DNA of 64,000 nt from an uncultured cyanobacterium. GTDB taxonomy: Bacteria > Cyanobacteriota > Cyanobacteriia > Cyanobacteriales > Nostocaceae. Numbering within the stretch: the first letter of the stretch is position 1; the number at the start of each line of letters is the position of its first letter. Both the position numbers and the translations under genes were made by a program. Location: contig OY970166.1 in the NCBI GenBank assembly GCA_963706595.1, forward strand, positions 4,256,001 through 4,320,000. The letters run 5' to 3'. Shown here one piece after another: positions 54,401-64,000 of the stretch. The notes under the pieces were generated by a model. It was not told where the DNA came from, did no database searches, and was given only the letters and a program-made list of their open reading frames with translations.

Positions 54401-55195
54401 GTTGCTGATCCTACCCAAATTCATCAGGTGCTAATGAACCTGTGCGTCAATGCTCGTGATGCCATGCCTAATGGCGGTACTCTACGTTTAGAAGCAGATA
54501 ATTTCTTTGTTGATCAACATTATGCCCAGATGAATCCAGAAGCCAAGGTTGGCAGCTACATTGTGATCACTGTGTCAGATACAGGATGTGGCATACCACG
54601 AGAGTTGTTAAAACGAATTTTTGAACCCTTTTTCACCACCAAGGAATTTAGTAAAGGCACAGGCTTAGGACTTTCAACAATTATTGGTATTCTCAAAAAT
54701 CACGGCGGTTTTATCAATGTTGATAGCACGGTAGGCTTAGGGAGTAATTTTAAAGTTTATTTGCCAGTCTCTGACCAAATAGTGACGGAAGAAACTTATA
54801 AAAGTGAGATACCCCAAGGCAATGGTGAATTAATTTTAATTGTCGATGATGAAGACAGTATTCGAGCGACTAACAAAGCTACTTTAGAAAGTTACAATTA
54901 CAAAATTATCACCGCTAATGATGGTATAGAGGCTGTTTCAGTTTACGCCCAACATAAAGATGAAATTAGTGTGGTCTTAATGGATATAGAAATGCCATCT
55001 ATGGATGGTATACGAGCTATTCAAGTCCTATGCAAACTTAATTCGGCTATCAAGATTGTCGCTATGAGTGGATTAGTATCGAACCGCGAACGCCTCAAGG
55101 AAATTGCGGCTTGTGTGCCAGCATTTTTGTCAAAACCATACACGATTAAGGAATTATTAGAAACTGTGCAATTTGTTTTAAATAATCATGCTTAA
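51422..55195 (+). CDS. Hybrid sensor histidine kinase (CBS x4, PAS x4, HisKA, HATPase, REC)
   Basis: IRHLPVVD CBS; repeated DITER PAC ends; GIAHDLNN; NARDAM; GTGLGL; VDDE and MDIEMP receiver. Confidence 0.93.
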   Translation: MTLRPGIEPLANCVSVELPTLKNAIYLFPLTVTPDTRVIDAIALMSQARGSNYQIVNQNLSPTPEKASCVLVIEQRQLVGIFTEWDVVRLTATGVDLSEITIAEVMIHPVITIQQSQAEDMFTVLSIWHQNRIRHLPVVDDKNHLVGILTPEAIRQVIQPANLLKLRSVSEVTVNHDIYAPLTTRLLDIAELMNHQNISCVVIAEPNATGCVIPQGMITERDIVQFQVLGLDFTQIQAQTVMSTPLFCVHPEDSLWFAHQEMQRRQLRRLVVTSQTGEFLGIVTQTSFLQLFDPLEMANVIAALQQQVAAQGKELEQTNQQLQQEITQRQQTEEKLHQAYTTLEQQVAQRTAELSQANALLQQEIEERQKTEVALRNNQAQAWQQLAEIESIYASVPIGLNFVDTNLRFVRINEHLAQINNVPVAEHIGRTLREVLPNLSDKLEPLYRQVIESGLPIINRKVHGTIPAQPGIERYWLVNYYPLRGHDGEMLGVNSVVQDITERQRTEKKLRHQAQIINQIHDSVIATDLKGYITSWNQGAEKLTGYSATEAMGKHISLLYPGELVDVLENQVIAPLLETGEHEIEVIMQNKFGKRFDALLSLSLLRSPNQTPIGMIGYAIDITERKRAETALRQSQQQFEDIINNSTAIIFLKDLQGRYILVNRGFTILFNLSQEQIQGKTDYDLFPQTQAERFLANDRKVIEARKSLTVEELVTLADATHTYVTVKFPLLNAEGVPYAVCGIATDITESRLAEEKIREQAALIDIATNAIFVCNLERRILFWNQGAEDIYEWSAAEALGKNANELLFEKASPQLEAARLSVLKDNSWQGELHQVTKHGKKIIVQSRWTLVRDQVGEPKSVLIVNTDITEKKQLETQFLRTQRLENLGILASGIAHDLNNILTPILTSTQLLPVRLGNVDEQSRQLLKMQQDSAKRGAELIKQILSFAQGVEGKHFPLQVRHLLREIEQLVKSTFPKSIAVETYIPNTISSIIVADPTQIHQVLMNLCVNARDAMPNGGTLRLEADNFFVDQHYAQMNPEAKVGSYIVITVSDTGCGIPRELLKRIFEPFFTTKEFSKGTGLGLSTIIGILKNHGGFINVDSTVGLGSNFKVYLPVSDQIVTEETYKSEIPQGNGELILIVDDEDSIRATNKATLESYNYKIITANDGIEAVSVYAQHKDEISVVLMDIEMPSMDGIRAIQVLCKLNSAIKIVAMSGLVSNRERLKEIAACVPAFLSKPYTIKELLETVQFVLNNHA

Positions 55196-56250
55196 TTATT
55201 TCTCCGTCGTCGTCTAGAAGCAATGGGGATAAGAATTTGATTCAGACTACGCAATTGTTCCGATGTCCCCATGCAAATTAGGGTATCTCCTGGTAATAAA
55301 ACAGTGTCACCAGTGGGACCACCAATCAGATGTCCATCGGCGCGACGAATGGCAATTACTAAAGCGCCGGATTGCGATCGCAACCTTGCTTGTCTTAAAG
55401 TTTGCCCCACATACGGATAAACCGCCGGATCAAGTAAAAATTCTTCCATATAAAACTGTCCGTCTAGACCGGAGATGAAACCATCTACAAAGTCTAAAAC
55501 TTGCGGTCTGAGGGCGGCGGCAGCCATGCGCTTCCCACCAGTAATGTATGGTGAAACTACGGTATCAGCCCCACCACGTTGTAACTTTTTGACAGATTCT
55601 TCTGTACTGGCTCGTGCGATCGCTCTAATTCCTGGATTCAGTGTTTTTGCTGTTAACACTGTATATAAATTTTCAGCATCTGAAGGTAAAGCCGCCACTA
55701 TACAAATCGCTCGTTCTACGCCCACTCTCAATAAGGTTTCATCTAGAGTTACATCACCTTGGTATGCGATGTAGTTTTCTGCTTCTACCTCTTCTACAGA
55801 TTCGATATTTGCATCAACCACCACAAAAGGTACGCCTTCCGCCTGAAATTCCTTGGCAATTTGACGACCAGTGCGACTAAACCCACAAATAATGTAATGT
55901 TGTGTCAGGGATTCCATTAGCCTTCTCTGTTGCCTGAGTCTCATTCCTTCTTGAAAGTAGCCTTGAATCACGGCTTCTGTAAATCTGTTCACCATGTAAC
56001 CGATAGTGACTACACCCAACATAATCAAGGCAATTGTAAATAATCGTCCTTGGCGACTCAAGGGGTTTGTTTCACCAAAGCCCACAGTAGTTAAAGTGAT
56101 GACTGTCATGTAAGCCGCTTCTTCCCATGACCAACCTTCCATGAACTTGTACCACAAAGTGCCAGTCAGGAAAACGCCAGCCAATGAAATCGCCCCTACC
56201 GTTAGTTCTTTTTGCAGTCGTCGGTATTTTTTCTCAAGTACAGAATACAA
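55192..56250 (-). CDS. Potassium channel with TrkA-N/TrkA-C (RCK) domains
   Basis: TTVGFGE selectivity filter; ICGFSRTG RCK motif. Confidence 0.9.
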   Translation of the reverse strand: MYSVLEKKYRRLQKELTVGAISLAGVFLTGTLWYKFMEGWSWEEAAYMTVITLTTVGFGETNPLSRQGRLFTIALIMLGVVTIGYMVNRFTEAVIQGYFQEGMRLRQQRRLMESLTQHYIICGFSRTGRQIAKEFQAEGVPFVVVDANIESVEEVEAENYIAYQGDVTLDETLLRVGVERAICIVAALPSDAENLYTVLTAKTLNPGIRAIARASTEESVKKLQRGGADTVVSPYITGGKRMAAAALRPQVLDFVDGFISGLDGQFYMEEFLLDPAVYPYVGQTLRQARLRSQSGALVIAIRRADGHLIGGPTGDTVLLPGDTLICMGTSEQLRSLNQILIPIASRRRRRNN

Positions 56251-56401
56251 AGTTTTTTTACTGCTACCATTTTTTGGCAGGATATTTAACAGTTAGCCTA
56301 CAAAAAAGTATCAGATTTGTGAAATAAAATGTAATTTTTAAGATTTTCTAGCAAACTAGTAAGTAAGTATTAAAATTAAAGACTTATCAGGAGGCGCGAT
56401 C

Positions 56402-57685
56402 GTGAGCATAGAAACTCTAATTGAGCAAGCTACCATCCCCCCAACATCAGGTTCTATGTCATCTAGCCCTTTTGACGCTAATAGCTTCGATGAAGCCGTA
56501 ATGTCAACTTATGGCCGGTTTCCCCTAGCTTTAGACAGGGGTTCTGGCTGTCGCGTTTGGGATACCCAGGGACGGGAATATCTGGACTTTGTAGCCGGAA
56601 TTGCCACTTGCACCCTCGGACACGCCCACCCAGCTATGGTGGAAGCGGTAACACGCCAAATCCAAAAGCTGCATCATGTTTCTAATTTGTACTATATTCC
56701 CGAACAAGGCGAATTAGCCAAATGGATAGTTGAACATTCCTGTGCAGATCGGGTATTTTTCTGCAACTCTGGGGCTGAGGCTAACGAAGCCGCCATTAAA
56801 CTGGCGCGGAAATATGCCCACACAGTTCTAGAGATTGACAAGCCGATTATTCTCACCGCCAATGCTAGTTTCCACGGTCGGACTTTGGCGACTGTCACCG
56901 CTACCGGACAACCGAAGTATCAAAAACATTTTCACCCCTTAGTACCTGGTTTTGCATACGTTCCTTATAACGATATTAATGCCATAGAGGTAGCAGTTAG
57001 TGAATTAGATGAAGGAGATTATCGCGTAGCGGCCATTTTAATTGAACCATTGCAAGGAGAAGGCGGTGTGCGTCCTGGTGATGTGGCTTACTTCCAAAAG
57101 CTGCGGAAAGTTTGTGATGAAACTGGCATTTTGTTGATGTTCGATGAAGTGCAAGTTGGGATGGGACGCAGTGGTAAGTTATGGGGTTATGAACATTTGG
57201 GTGTGGAACCAGATATCTTTACCAGTGCGAAAGGTTTGGGTGGCGGTATCCCCATTGGGGCGATGATGAGTAAGAAGTTCTGCGATGTCTTTGAACCAGG
57301 AGAACACGCCAGCACTTTTGGCGGTAATCCCTTTGTATGTGGTGTGGCGCTGGCTGTTTGTCAGACTTTAGAAAAAGAGAATATTTTGCAGAATGTGGAA
57401 GACCGAGGTATACAGCTAAGAAATGGCTTAAATGCGATCGCGGCTAAATATCCCAACTACATTTCTGAAGTCCGGGGCTGGGGTTTAATCAATGGGATGG
57501 AATTACAAGCAGACATTCCACTCACCGCAGCTAATGTTGTCAAGGCTGCTATGGACAAGGGTTTATTGCTAGTCCCAGCCGGTCCGAAAGTTGTCCGGTT
57601 TGTCCCGCCGTTGATTGTGACTGAAGCGGAAGTTAATTTTGCATTACAAGCTGTTGACGAGGCGATCGCTTCTCTCACCGCTTAA
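56402..57685 (+). CDS. argD: Acetylornithine aminotransferase
   Basis: FCNSGAEANE, FHGRT, FDEVQVGMGRSG, AKGLGGG, HASTFGGNP. Confidence 0.93.
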   Translation: MSIETLIEQATIPPTSGSMSSSPFDANSFDEAVMSTYGRFPLALDRGSGCRVWDTQGREYLDFVAGIATCTLGHAHPAMVEAVTRQIQKLHHVSNLYYIPEQGELAKWIVEHSCADRVFFCNSGAEANEAAIKLARKYAHTVLEIDKPIILTANASFHGRTLATVTATGQPKYQKHFHPLVPGFAYVPYNDINAIEVAVSELDEGDYRVAAILIEPLQGEGGVRPGDVAYFQKLRKVCDETGILLMFDEVQVGMGRSGKLWGYEHLGVEPDIFTSAKGLGGGIPIGAMMSKKFCDVFEPGEHASTFGGNPFVCGVALAVCQTLEKENILQNVEDRGIQLRNGLNAIAAKYPNYISEVRGWGLINGMELQADIPLTAANVVKAAMDKGLLLVPAGPKVVRFVPPLIVTEAEVNFALQAVDEAIASLTA

Positions 57686-57715
57686 GCTATAACCAGCGAG
57701 GATAGGTATTCACGC

Positions 57716-58438
57716 CTATCTCTCGCTGTTTTTTACGCTTTTTGTCTGAATTTCTGGCAGATTGGCGGCACTGATACCCGCCACCATTGTACGTTTGAGC
57801 ATGGGGTGATTGGTATGAGTAAATCCCGTGTCCGAGTCGGGATGAAAACAAACAACAGTTAATTTATCTGCCTCTGTCCGAAACTTATGCAGATGATTAG
57901 CAGGAATAAAAATAGTCATACCTGGTTGCAAAGGAATAATACCATCAGGTGTTTCACACTCTCCACTACCTTCAACTACAATAATTAGCCGATAACTAGG
58001 ATGAGTATGAATCGTCTGATCCACTCCTGGGGGAAAATATAAAGCATTCAAACAAGGATCTCCAGACATAATTGGCGGAATCAGCACATTATCTGTACCG
58101 CCATCGATATAACTTAACCTCCCGATAGATTCAATTTCCCCCCCAATCATAAATACCCCTTTAAAAGTCGGACAACTCACCACAAAACCCGATGAATTTT
58201 CACCCCCAACTGCACCCTCTCCAGATAAACTAAAGTACATCCCAGGGTAAAGTTTGTAATCTTGTAAACCCGTCCGGCGCTGCAAAATAGGATTACCACT
58301 ATAGACAAAACCGAAATGAGTTCCTGTATCGGGAAGTTGAATAGAATCTCCATTCCAACCCATAAAGCAATCTGGTACTTGCTCATTAAATTTGGCAAGT
58401 TTACCGTGAGTTAAATTTTGATAAATTTGGAGTGTCAT
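57716..58438 (-). CDS. Cupin-domain protein
   Basis: HTHPS..VVEGSG..LQPG..FIPANHLH cupin motifs. Confidence 0.78.
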   Translation of the reverse strand: MTLQIYQNLTHGKLAKFNEQVPDCFMGWNGDSIQLPDTGTHFGFVYSGNPILQRRTGLQDYKLYPGMYFSLSGEGAVGGENSSGFVVSCPTFKGVFMIGGEIESIGRLSYIDGGTDNVLIPPIMSGDPCLNALYFPPGVDQTIHTHPSYRLIIVVEGSGECETPDGIIPLQPGMTIFIPANHLHKFRTEADKLTVVCFHPDSDTGFTHTNHPMLKRTMVAGISAANLPEIQTKSVKNSER

Positions 58439-58511
58439 GATCGTTTTAATAGATGTATTGATAATTAATATTTGTGAAAATCAGCCCAATTTATGACTTC
58501 ACCACCCCAGC

Positions 58512-58677
58512 TATAGGACTACTATTTGATTATTGAACAAACACGTAGGGTGTGTTAGCGCAGCGTAACGCACCAAAGCCTTAATAACGGTGCGTTACGG
58601 ATTTCATCCTAACGCACCCTACAATACTGTGGTTAGTTTAAAAAAGTCCCGTTCAAAACTCAAAGAGGATTCCTATA
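58512..58677. mobile_element. MITE-like element enclosing a REP doublet
   Basis: Ends TATAGGACTACTATTTGA / TCAAAGAGGATTCCTATA; internal GTAGGGTG..CACCCTAC doublet. Confidence 0.6.
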
Positions 58678-58726
58678 TAAGAACTGAGTATGAATAAAAA
58701 TTCATAAAATAATAGCCTCATTTATA

Positions 58727-61063
58727 TTACAAGTTTTTATTACTGTCAAGATGCAATAATACTGAATCTAAAAGTTGCTTCCGAAATTCGTGTTGAATCA
58801 TACAATCAGTATTCAAACACTCGACCAATAACAAAAGAGCTTGATAATATTGCTTAAGCAGCTTTTTATCCTGCTCATTAAATTGCCAATCATTACTTCC
58901 TATGTGACGGTTTTTCTTAGCGAGGCTTCTAGATTTATCAGCTAAGATTTTCAGTTTTTCTTCGTCCAGTTCACTATGATTAATCTGAGCATCATTTTCG
59001 TATATTTTCTCTAAAACAGTTCTTAATTCTGGCTGTAATTTCCCAGATTCCAGGGCATATTTAACAGCAATATACATAGCTTTATTGGCTGAGGAAACCT
59101 CACTAATTTTTGGTTCATCTGGTCTAGCATCTTTATCATAATTTTCAGCAATATGGATACCTTCTTCAAAACTAGTTTCTTGAAAAACACGCGCAAAAAA
59201 ACTTCCACAGACTAAATAATTAGCCGCAGGATCTAGTAGTAAACTCAGTCGTCGCTCTTGATCTATATCAAAGTCAATATCAAAATAAAAAGCTCTGATT
59301 GCCGATAATTTAACTGCGGTTTGATGAATTAAAGATTGTTGCTGTACGTAAACTAAAAAATCTTGAATTTTCTGATTTTCGTCTATAATTTTATCAATTC
59401 TTTCTTTGAGAATTGTAAAAAAAAGCGTCGCATCTGGTTGAGCCATTTCGGCTGATAGCAAAAATATTTCTTTCCAGTAACGGTCACTTAAATGGTTTGC
59501 TAACTCTTGAAAAGCTTCTCGCTGTGGACGCTTTCTGACATTGATTTCACGGGCGACAAAATACTCATGAAAAGTTAGGTGAGAAAAAGAATAAATTCCT
59601 TTAGCTCTTTCTACTAAAATTCCATGTTGTGCTTCAATTGCGTGTAAAATTGCCTCACTATCTAGTTGTAAATCTTTTGGTTCTCGGTCAGCATTACTAC
59701 TGAGATTTTGGATATATTCTTTAATATAAAGTTTGGCTTCTTTTTTAGAGAAGAAAAATTCTTTTTCCTTGAAGGTCTTGAAAGCTATATAACTTAACAA
59801 ATCTTTTTTCCTTTGCAAAGAAAGTTCTTGATAAACTTGCTCGCGTTGGATTCCTCGTTTAGCATCCCATTTATTGAGCAGAATCTCAATTCCTTCTGTA
59901 TATAATTCGGAACGATTATTAGGAAAATTACATTTTTCATCAAACACTAAGCAAATTAAGGTCAACAACAAAGGCGTTACTGCCAATTGAGATAAGCGGT
60001 CATTATTTTTTAAAGATTTAATGAAATCTTCTGTTGAAATCAGGCTTTTATTTTGAAATTCCAACCATTGGGAAATAAATGTTTTAATCTGTTCTTCATT
60101 AAAATCTGCTAATTCAACCTCCGCAAATTTATCTAATACATCATACGAGTATTCTTTAGCAGCTATTCTACACGTAATAATAAAATAGTTATCATAATAT
60201 ATCCGAGATAAATTCCTAATCTCATTTAAGGTTCTTTCGTAATGTTCATTTTTTACCTCATCTAGTCCATCCAATAGAACTAAAACTGATTTGTGTATAA
60301 ATAGTTCTTGAATCTGCTCAAAATTGATTCCACATTCAGCAAATATTTGTCCCATATACTCTAACAAAGCAGGAGAATTAGGAGATTCAGCAAAATACTT
60401 GAGATTAATAAAAATCGGCACAAAATTGGGCATAAATAACCCTTCGTTACACTGAAGCGCTAGATACTTGAGAAAAGTAGTTTTTCCGGCTCCAGGCTTA
60501 CCTAAAACAATCAGCTTTTTATATTTGGTAACTGCACTTTCACCCGGAACTCGTTCTTCCGTGACTCTACCTAATCCAAATCTTTCCAAATCTTCTAAAT
60601 TAGACTCTGCAAGTAGCTCTTTAATTGTCTTGCGTCTGTGAGCGGTTAGCTTTTCTAAAATATTTACATCCGTATATATTTGATTTATTTGTATTGGTTG
60701 CGACATATCCAATACGCGCATTGTGCCGCACCATTCTTGAATGATCTCTCTGATGTTACGGCGGACTTGTTTTACCAAAGATGCAATATTGTCTTCATTT
60801 TGATGGCTCGAATCAATTGGATTTTCATTAACCTCGACTCCTGGTGTAGTAAGTTTATACCAGTCTTTGTCAAAACCCAAAGCTTCACCGATTTGGAGAA
60901 AGTTATCTAATAAAATTGGTTTGCCGTTCAGTAAGGCACTAATGACTGAACGATGAAGTCCTAGCTTATCGGCGAGCATCTTTTGCGTTAATCCCTGCTT
61001 GGTTAAGGATTCTTTAATGATCTGGATTCCTGCCAACGAAGCTTGTAATGTGGGCTTTGCCAT
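58727..61063 (-). CDS. XRE-HTH plus NACHT NTPase with C-terminal helical domain
   Basis: LTQKMLADKLGLHRSVIS HTH; GKPGAGKTT Walker A; LLDGLDEV Walker B; ITCR; TPLLL; FSHLTFHEYF. Start 61063 or 61075. Confidence 0.9.
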   Translation of the reverse strand: MAKPTLQASLAGIQIIKESLTKQGLTQKMLADKLGLHRSVISALLNGKPILLDNFLQIGEALGFDKDWYKLTTPGVEVNENPIDSSHQNEDNIASLVKQVRRNIREIIQEWCGTMRVLDMSQPIQINQIYTDVNILEKLTAHRRKTIKELLAESNLEDLERFGLGRVTEERVPGESAVTKYKKLIVLGKPGAGKTTFLKYLALQCNEGLFMPNFVPIFINLKYFAESPNSPALLEYMGQIFAECGINFEQIQELFIHKSVLVLLDGLDEVKNEHYERTLNEIRNLSRIYYDNYFIITCRIAAKEYSYDVLDKFAEVELADFNEEQIKTFISQWLEFQNKSLISTEDFIKSLKNNDRLSQLAVTPLLLTLICLVFDEKCNFPNNRSELYTEGIEILLNKWDAKRGIQREQVYQELSLQRKKDLLSYIAFKTFKEKEFFFSKKEAKLYIKEYIQNLSSNADREPKDLQLDSEAILHAIEAQHGILVERAKGIYSFSHLTFHEYFVAREINVRKRPQREAFQELANHLSDRYWKEIFLLSAEMAQPDATLFFTILKERIDKIIDENQKIQDFLVYVQQQSLIHQTAVKLSAIRAFYFDIDFDIDQERRLSLLLDPAANYLVCGSFFARVFQETSFEEGIHIAENYDKDARPDEPKISEVSSANKAMYIAVKYALESGKLQPELRTVLEKIYENDAQINHSELDEEKLKILADKSRSLAKKNRHIGSNDWQFNEQDKKLLKQYYQALLLLVECLNTDCMIQHEFRKQLLDSVLLHLDSNKNL

Positions 61064-61321
61064 AAGTGACTCCATGCGAAATTTTGTTACTACAACCCTA
61101 AAGCAGTGCTGGTTCACGACAACCAATCAAAAGTATATCGGGTAAGCTTTTCATTGGTTTGATCACGACATTAGCTATTATACTACGACAATAAACCATC
61201 TTTTGACAAACTTTAAACCAACATTGACTTGACATATCAACCAACATACGTTTATCATCTGAGTAAACACGGAGACAAACGCAGGCGCAAGCGCACTCGT
61301 ACTAGAGGAGGCTAAAGCTTT

Positions 61322-61699
61322 ATGGACACAAGGGAAATAGTGGACTTACTTAAAATTATGCCTAGTCCAGGTTGTCCATTCAATTGCACCTTAAGAACTG
61401 TGGAGGGAAATCATCTGAATTTAGTCGTACCGAATGTCAAAAGCTTTCATTTTTCTAAACAACAGCTAAGAGACTTTGCACTTGATAATTGCTTACCAAC
61501 ATCACTTGTGGAATTGATGAGTGTCATCGAAAGCAAAGAGTTTAGTTGTCCATCACGCTTTTTTCAAGCCGCACTAACAGCCCTATCTTTGGGGCGTGGC
61601 TATGGTGTAATTAACCTAGAATATCCCGACACAAGAGCATTTATTGCCACGGTTAGCCCTTCTTACCGAGTTTGGATGGGAACAGATAAAAGTATTTAG
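61322..61699 (+). CDS. Hypothetical protein
   Basis: 125 aa; GAGGAGG RBS; divergent from the NACHT gene. Confidence 0.65.
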   Translation: MDTREIVDLLKIMPSPGCPFNCTLRTVEGNHLNLVVPNVKSFHFSKQQLRDFALDNCLPTSLVELMSVIESKEFSCPSRFFQAALTALSLGRGYGVINLEYPDTRAFIATVSPSYRVWMGTDKSI

Positions 61700-61947
61700 T
61701 TGCTTTCATCTGCTGTAGATAAAAACAGTTGCTGCAACTAAATGAAATCATTAAAAATTTAGTTTATGAATAAGCTGGGAGGATTAGAACTTAATCACAA
61801 AAGCTGGTTTTAGTGGGATGTCACTGGCCAGCTTTTTTATTGGCATTAGTTAATCCAAGAATCTCATCTCTATAAACTAAAAGTTTCAAATTAGTGTGGT
61901 TGAGAGTAATTCGATTCTATTTTCTCAGTTTCCTAAAGGTAAAAATC

Positions 61948-62187
61948 ATGAAAAACAACCTAAATAATGGCAGTGGTTATTTATTTGATTTGGCTTGTAA
62001 AGGGTTGAAATATTTTCTATTGACTCTGCTTGGTTTTGCGATCGCATTTGTCATATCTAGAGTTTTTGGAGTTTCTCAAGTTGTGCAAATGCTGTTATAC
62101 CCAAGTATATGGGCGTGGCTTTTCCGCATTGCAGTTTCTATATTCTGTCTGTTTGCAGTCGCTATCATCTATGAATCTTCTTGTTAA
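61948..62187 (+). CDS. Small two-TM membrane protein
   Basis: AAGGT before ATG 61948; two hydrophobic helices. Confidence 0.55.
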   Translation: MKNNLNNGSGYLFDLACKGLKYFLLTLLGFAIAFVISRVFGVSQVVQMLLYPSIWAWLFRIAVSIFCLFAVAIIYESSC

Positions 62188-62408
62188 TTTGCTTCATTCT
62201 TAGCAGTGAAATTATTTTGGTTGTTAAGAGATTATTCAAGGCAAAATCTCAGAACAGGTTTACTAAAAAACAATTGCAAAAAGTTTGCTGGATAAAAAAA
62301 ACGGCAACTTGCTGACAACTTAATAACCAAAATTTATTTGTTGCTATACAAAGACGTGGTTAGCATCTGCTCTTTAATTAGGTCTACTATTTAGACGAGG
62401 GAAAATTT

Positions 62409-63089
62409 ATGAATCTAATTGCCAACAACTCTGCAAATAATGACTTTTCCCAGCAAGACTTAAGCTACCACGATCTCAGCAACTACAACTTGAGTCACAA
62501 CTTATTTATAGAAACTAAACTCAATGGCTGTAATTTAAGTTATTGTAATTTAAATGGAGCCAATTTAAAGAATACACAACTATGTGGTGCAGATTTAACG
62601 GGTGCTAGTTTGTGTGGGGCTAAACTGTATAATGCCAAACTCAATGGAGCTAACTTGTGTCAAGCTAATTTAGCTGGGGCAAATTTAAGTGGTTCAGATT
62701 TACGATATGCTACTCTCAAAAAAGTCAAGCTTAATGACACCATATTTAATGACGTAAAAGTAGAAAATGCGGTATTTGAAAGTTGTGAGGGATTAACTGA
62801 AGATATCAAGCGGACACTAAAAAACCGAGGTGCGATCTTCAAAGATTCTATCTCTCAACCTGGAAATATCAGATGGTATATTCAGTATGTAGTTGTACCA
62901 ATTTTAGTTGCTCTAATTGGTGCTGGCATTTTTCTCAAGCCACAGAATGAAACTTGTTCGCTTTCATGGGGTCAAAAGTCGATGCTTAAATATCTACCGG
63001 ATGCTGTCCATAATATGGTAGAGCTTCAAACCAATGAGGATATTTACCTTGTTGCCAATCTAAATAAGCCAGTTCTAAAATACAACTAA
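62409..63089 (+). CDS. Pentapeptide-repeat protein with C-terminal TM segment
   Basis: A(N/D)LxG-type repeats; GAGGG RBS; 3' end overlaps tsaB. Confidence 0.8.
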   Translation: MNLIANNSANNDFSQQDLSYHDLSNYNLSHNLFIETKLNGCNLSYCNLNGANLKNTQLCGADLTGASLCGAKLYNAKLNGANLCQANLAGANLSGSDLRYATLKKVKLNDTIFNDVKVENAVFESCEGLTEDIKRTLKNRGAIFKDSISQPGNIRWYIQYVVVPILVALIGAGIFLKPQNETCSLSWGQKSMLKYLPDAVHNMVELQTNEDIYLVANLNKPVLKYN

Positions 63090-63645
63090 CTGTTGCAGCT
63101 AAACCAGATGTGGCTTTAATTAGTTGATATTCACTCTGCCAATTGGCTAAGGTTTCTTGCCATGCTTCCGGTGTAAATACGGTATCAGGTAATAAGGCTG
63201 TGATACTCAAGTTATCAGGCGATATTTGGTAAATAGCACCGAAGATTTTTCCCCGTTGTGCTGCCATTTCTACGGCTATAACTGCTGGTTTCGATTGATT
63301 TTGACCTTTGTTCGCCCAAGCTACTGCGGCTAAGGTGGAAATGGCAAAGATAGGTATATTTAACTGTTGTCCCAAGGTGCGGGCAATGACTACACCAATG
63401 CGAGTCCCGGTGAAACCGCCTGGACCTCTAGCTACGGCAATAAATGTTACATCTGCCCAGGTTTGGGGTTCGATAAATTCTTTTAAATACTGATGTACGT
63501 AGCTAGATAAATCACGCCCCAAATTCCAAGTATCAGCGCGAGTTTCACCAGCAAAATTACTGATAGCCAACCCCAGTTCGGGTGTTGTGGTGTGTAGCGA
63601 GATGGCGTATTTTGTGGCTGCAAGGTTTTGTAGTTCTGGGGTCAA
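62986..63645 (-). CDS. tsaB: tRNA t6A biosynthesis protein TsaB (YeaZ)
   Basis: IAVARGPGGFTGTRIG and ISTLAAVA motifs. Confidence 0.9.
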   Translation of the reverse strand: MTPELQNLAATKYAISLHTTTPELGLAISNFAGETRADTWNLGRDLSSYVHQYLKEFIEPQTWADVTFIAVARGPGGFTGTRIGVVIARTLGQQLNIPIFAISTLAAVAWANKGQNQSKPAVIAVEMAAQRGKIFGAIYQISPDNLSITALLPDTVFTPEAWQETLANWQSEYQLIKATSGLAATVSCILELAYLDWQQGKYPHWFEALPYYGQHPVDI

Positions 63646-63863
63646 GGTTAATTTAGATGTTAATAATTTGAGGGTTATTTATTTATTGAATCATATAATT
63701 GTGGCTTTATTTAGCTGGATGGATTATCGAACCGCCTTCGCTTTAGCGTATGCCCCCAGGGCGTTAGTCGCCAAGAACGCCAAGGGGATAAGGTAATGGT
63801 GGAATGTACGACTACTACAGGCAAGAGTAGTAGCCGCTTTGAATATACAGTAATTGTTTTTGA

Positions 63864-64000
63864 TCACGTTGGTACTAGTTCACCAGGACGCAATTTCGAC
63901 CATTTACCTGTTTCTCGCTTGAAGCTGAGACAACCGACAACATCCCATTCCATTTCAATCATCTCCCCGCTTGTGCGGATGTTGACGTTAATTGAGGGTT
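63864..64000 (-). CDS. ycf34: Ycf34-family protein, 3' part only (runs off window)
   Basis: Manual translation ...PSINVNIRTSGEMIEMEWDVVGCLSFKRETGKWSKLRPGELVPT*. Confidence 0.8.
   Translation of the reverse strand, partial: PSINVNIRTSGEMIEMEWDVVGCLSFKRETGKWSKLRPGELVPT

Noticed and set aside
56536..56553. RGSGCR in ArgD resembling the PatS RGSGR motif
   Set aside because: Not an exact match, and it lies in a conserved aminotransferase strand.

Overview
Chromosomal window from a heterocyst-forming cyanobacterium (Nostocales; HIP1 GCGATCGC and heptamer repeats are common). Bases 1.4-31.7 kb hold a complete heterocyst glycolipid (hgl) island: hetI, hetN-like SDR, hglB, hglA, fused hglD-hglC, hglG, hglF, hglE, a ParB-like gene, hgdB/C/A, glycosyltransferases and hglT. 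Next come a TPR gene, cpcT and cpdA. A tRNA-Cys(GCA) follows, carrying a 5.3-kb tyrosine-integrase element bounded by a 56-bp att repeat, then a remnant of a second related element and a HigB/HigA-ImmA toxin-antitoxin pair. The rest is a desaturase/SDR gene, a TetR-devBCA-like exporter ending in a 154-bp tandem amplification, a CBS-PAS hybrid kinase, a K+ channel, argD, a cupin, an HTH-NACHT gene, tsaB and partial ycf34. Best leads: (1) an A9 slippery site that would join hglE to hglF by a -1 shift, opposite in polarity to five +1 frameshifts that look like sequencing errors; (2) tandem tRNA-Cys elements with identically placed but different putative arm-site repeats, plus several iteron/operator-like arrays; (3) amplification of a gene tail next to a REP-like hairpin. 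Product calls come from motif recognition and recalled synteny; no database search was run.
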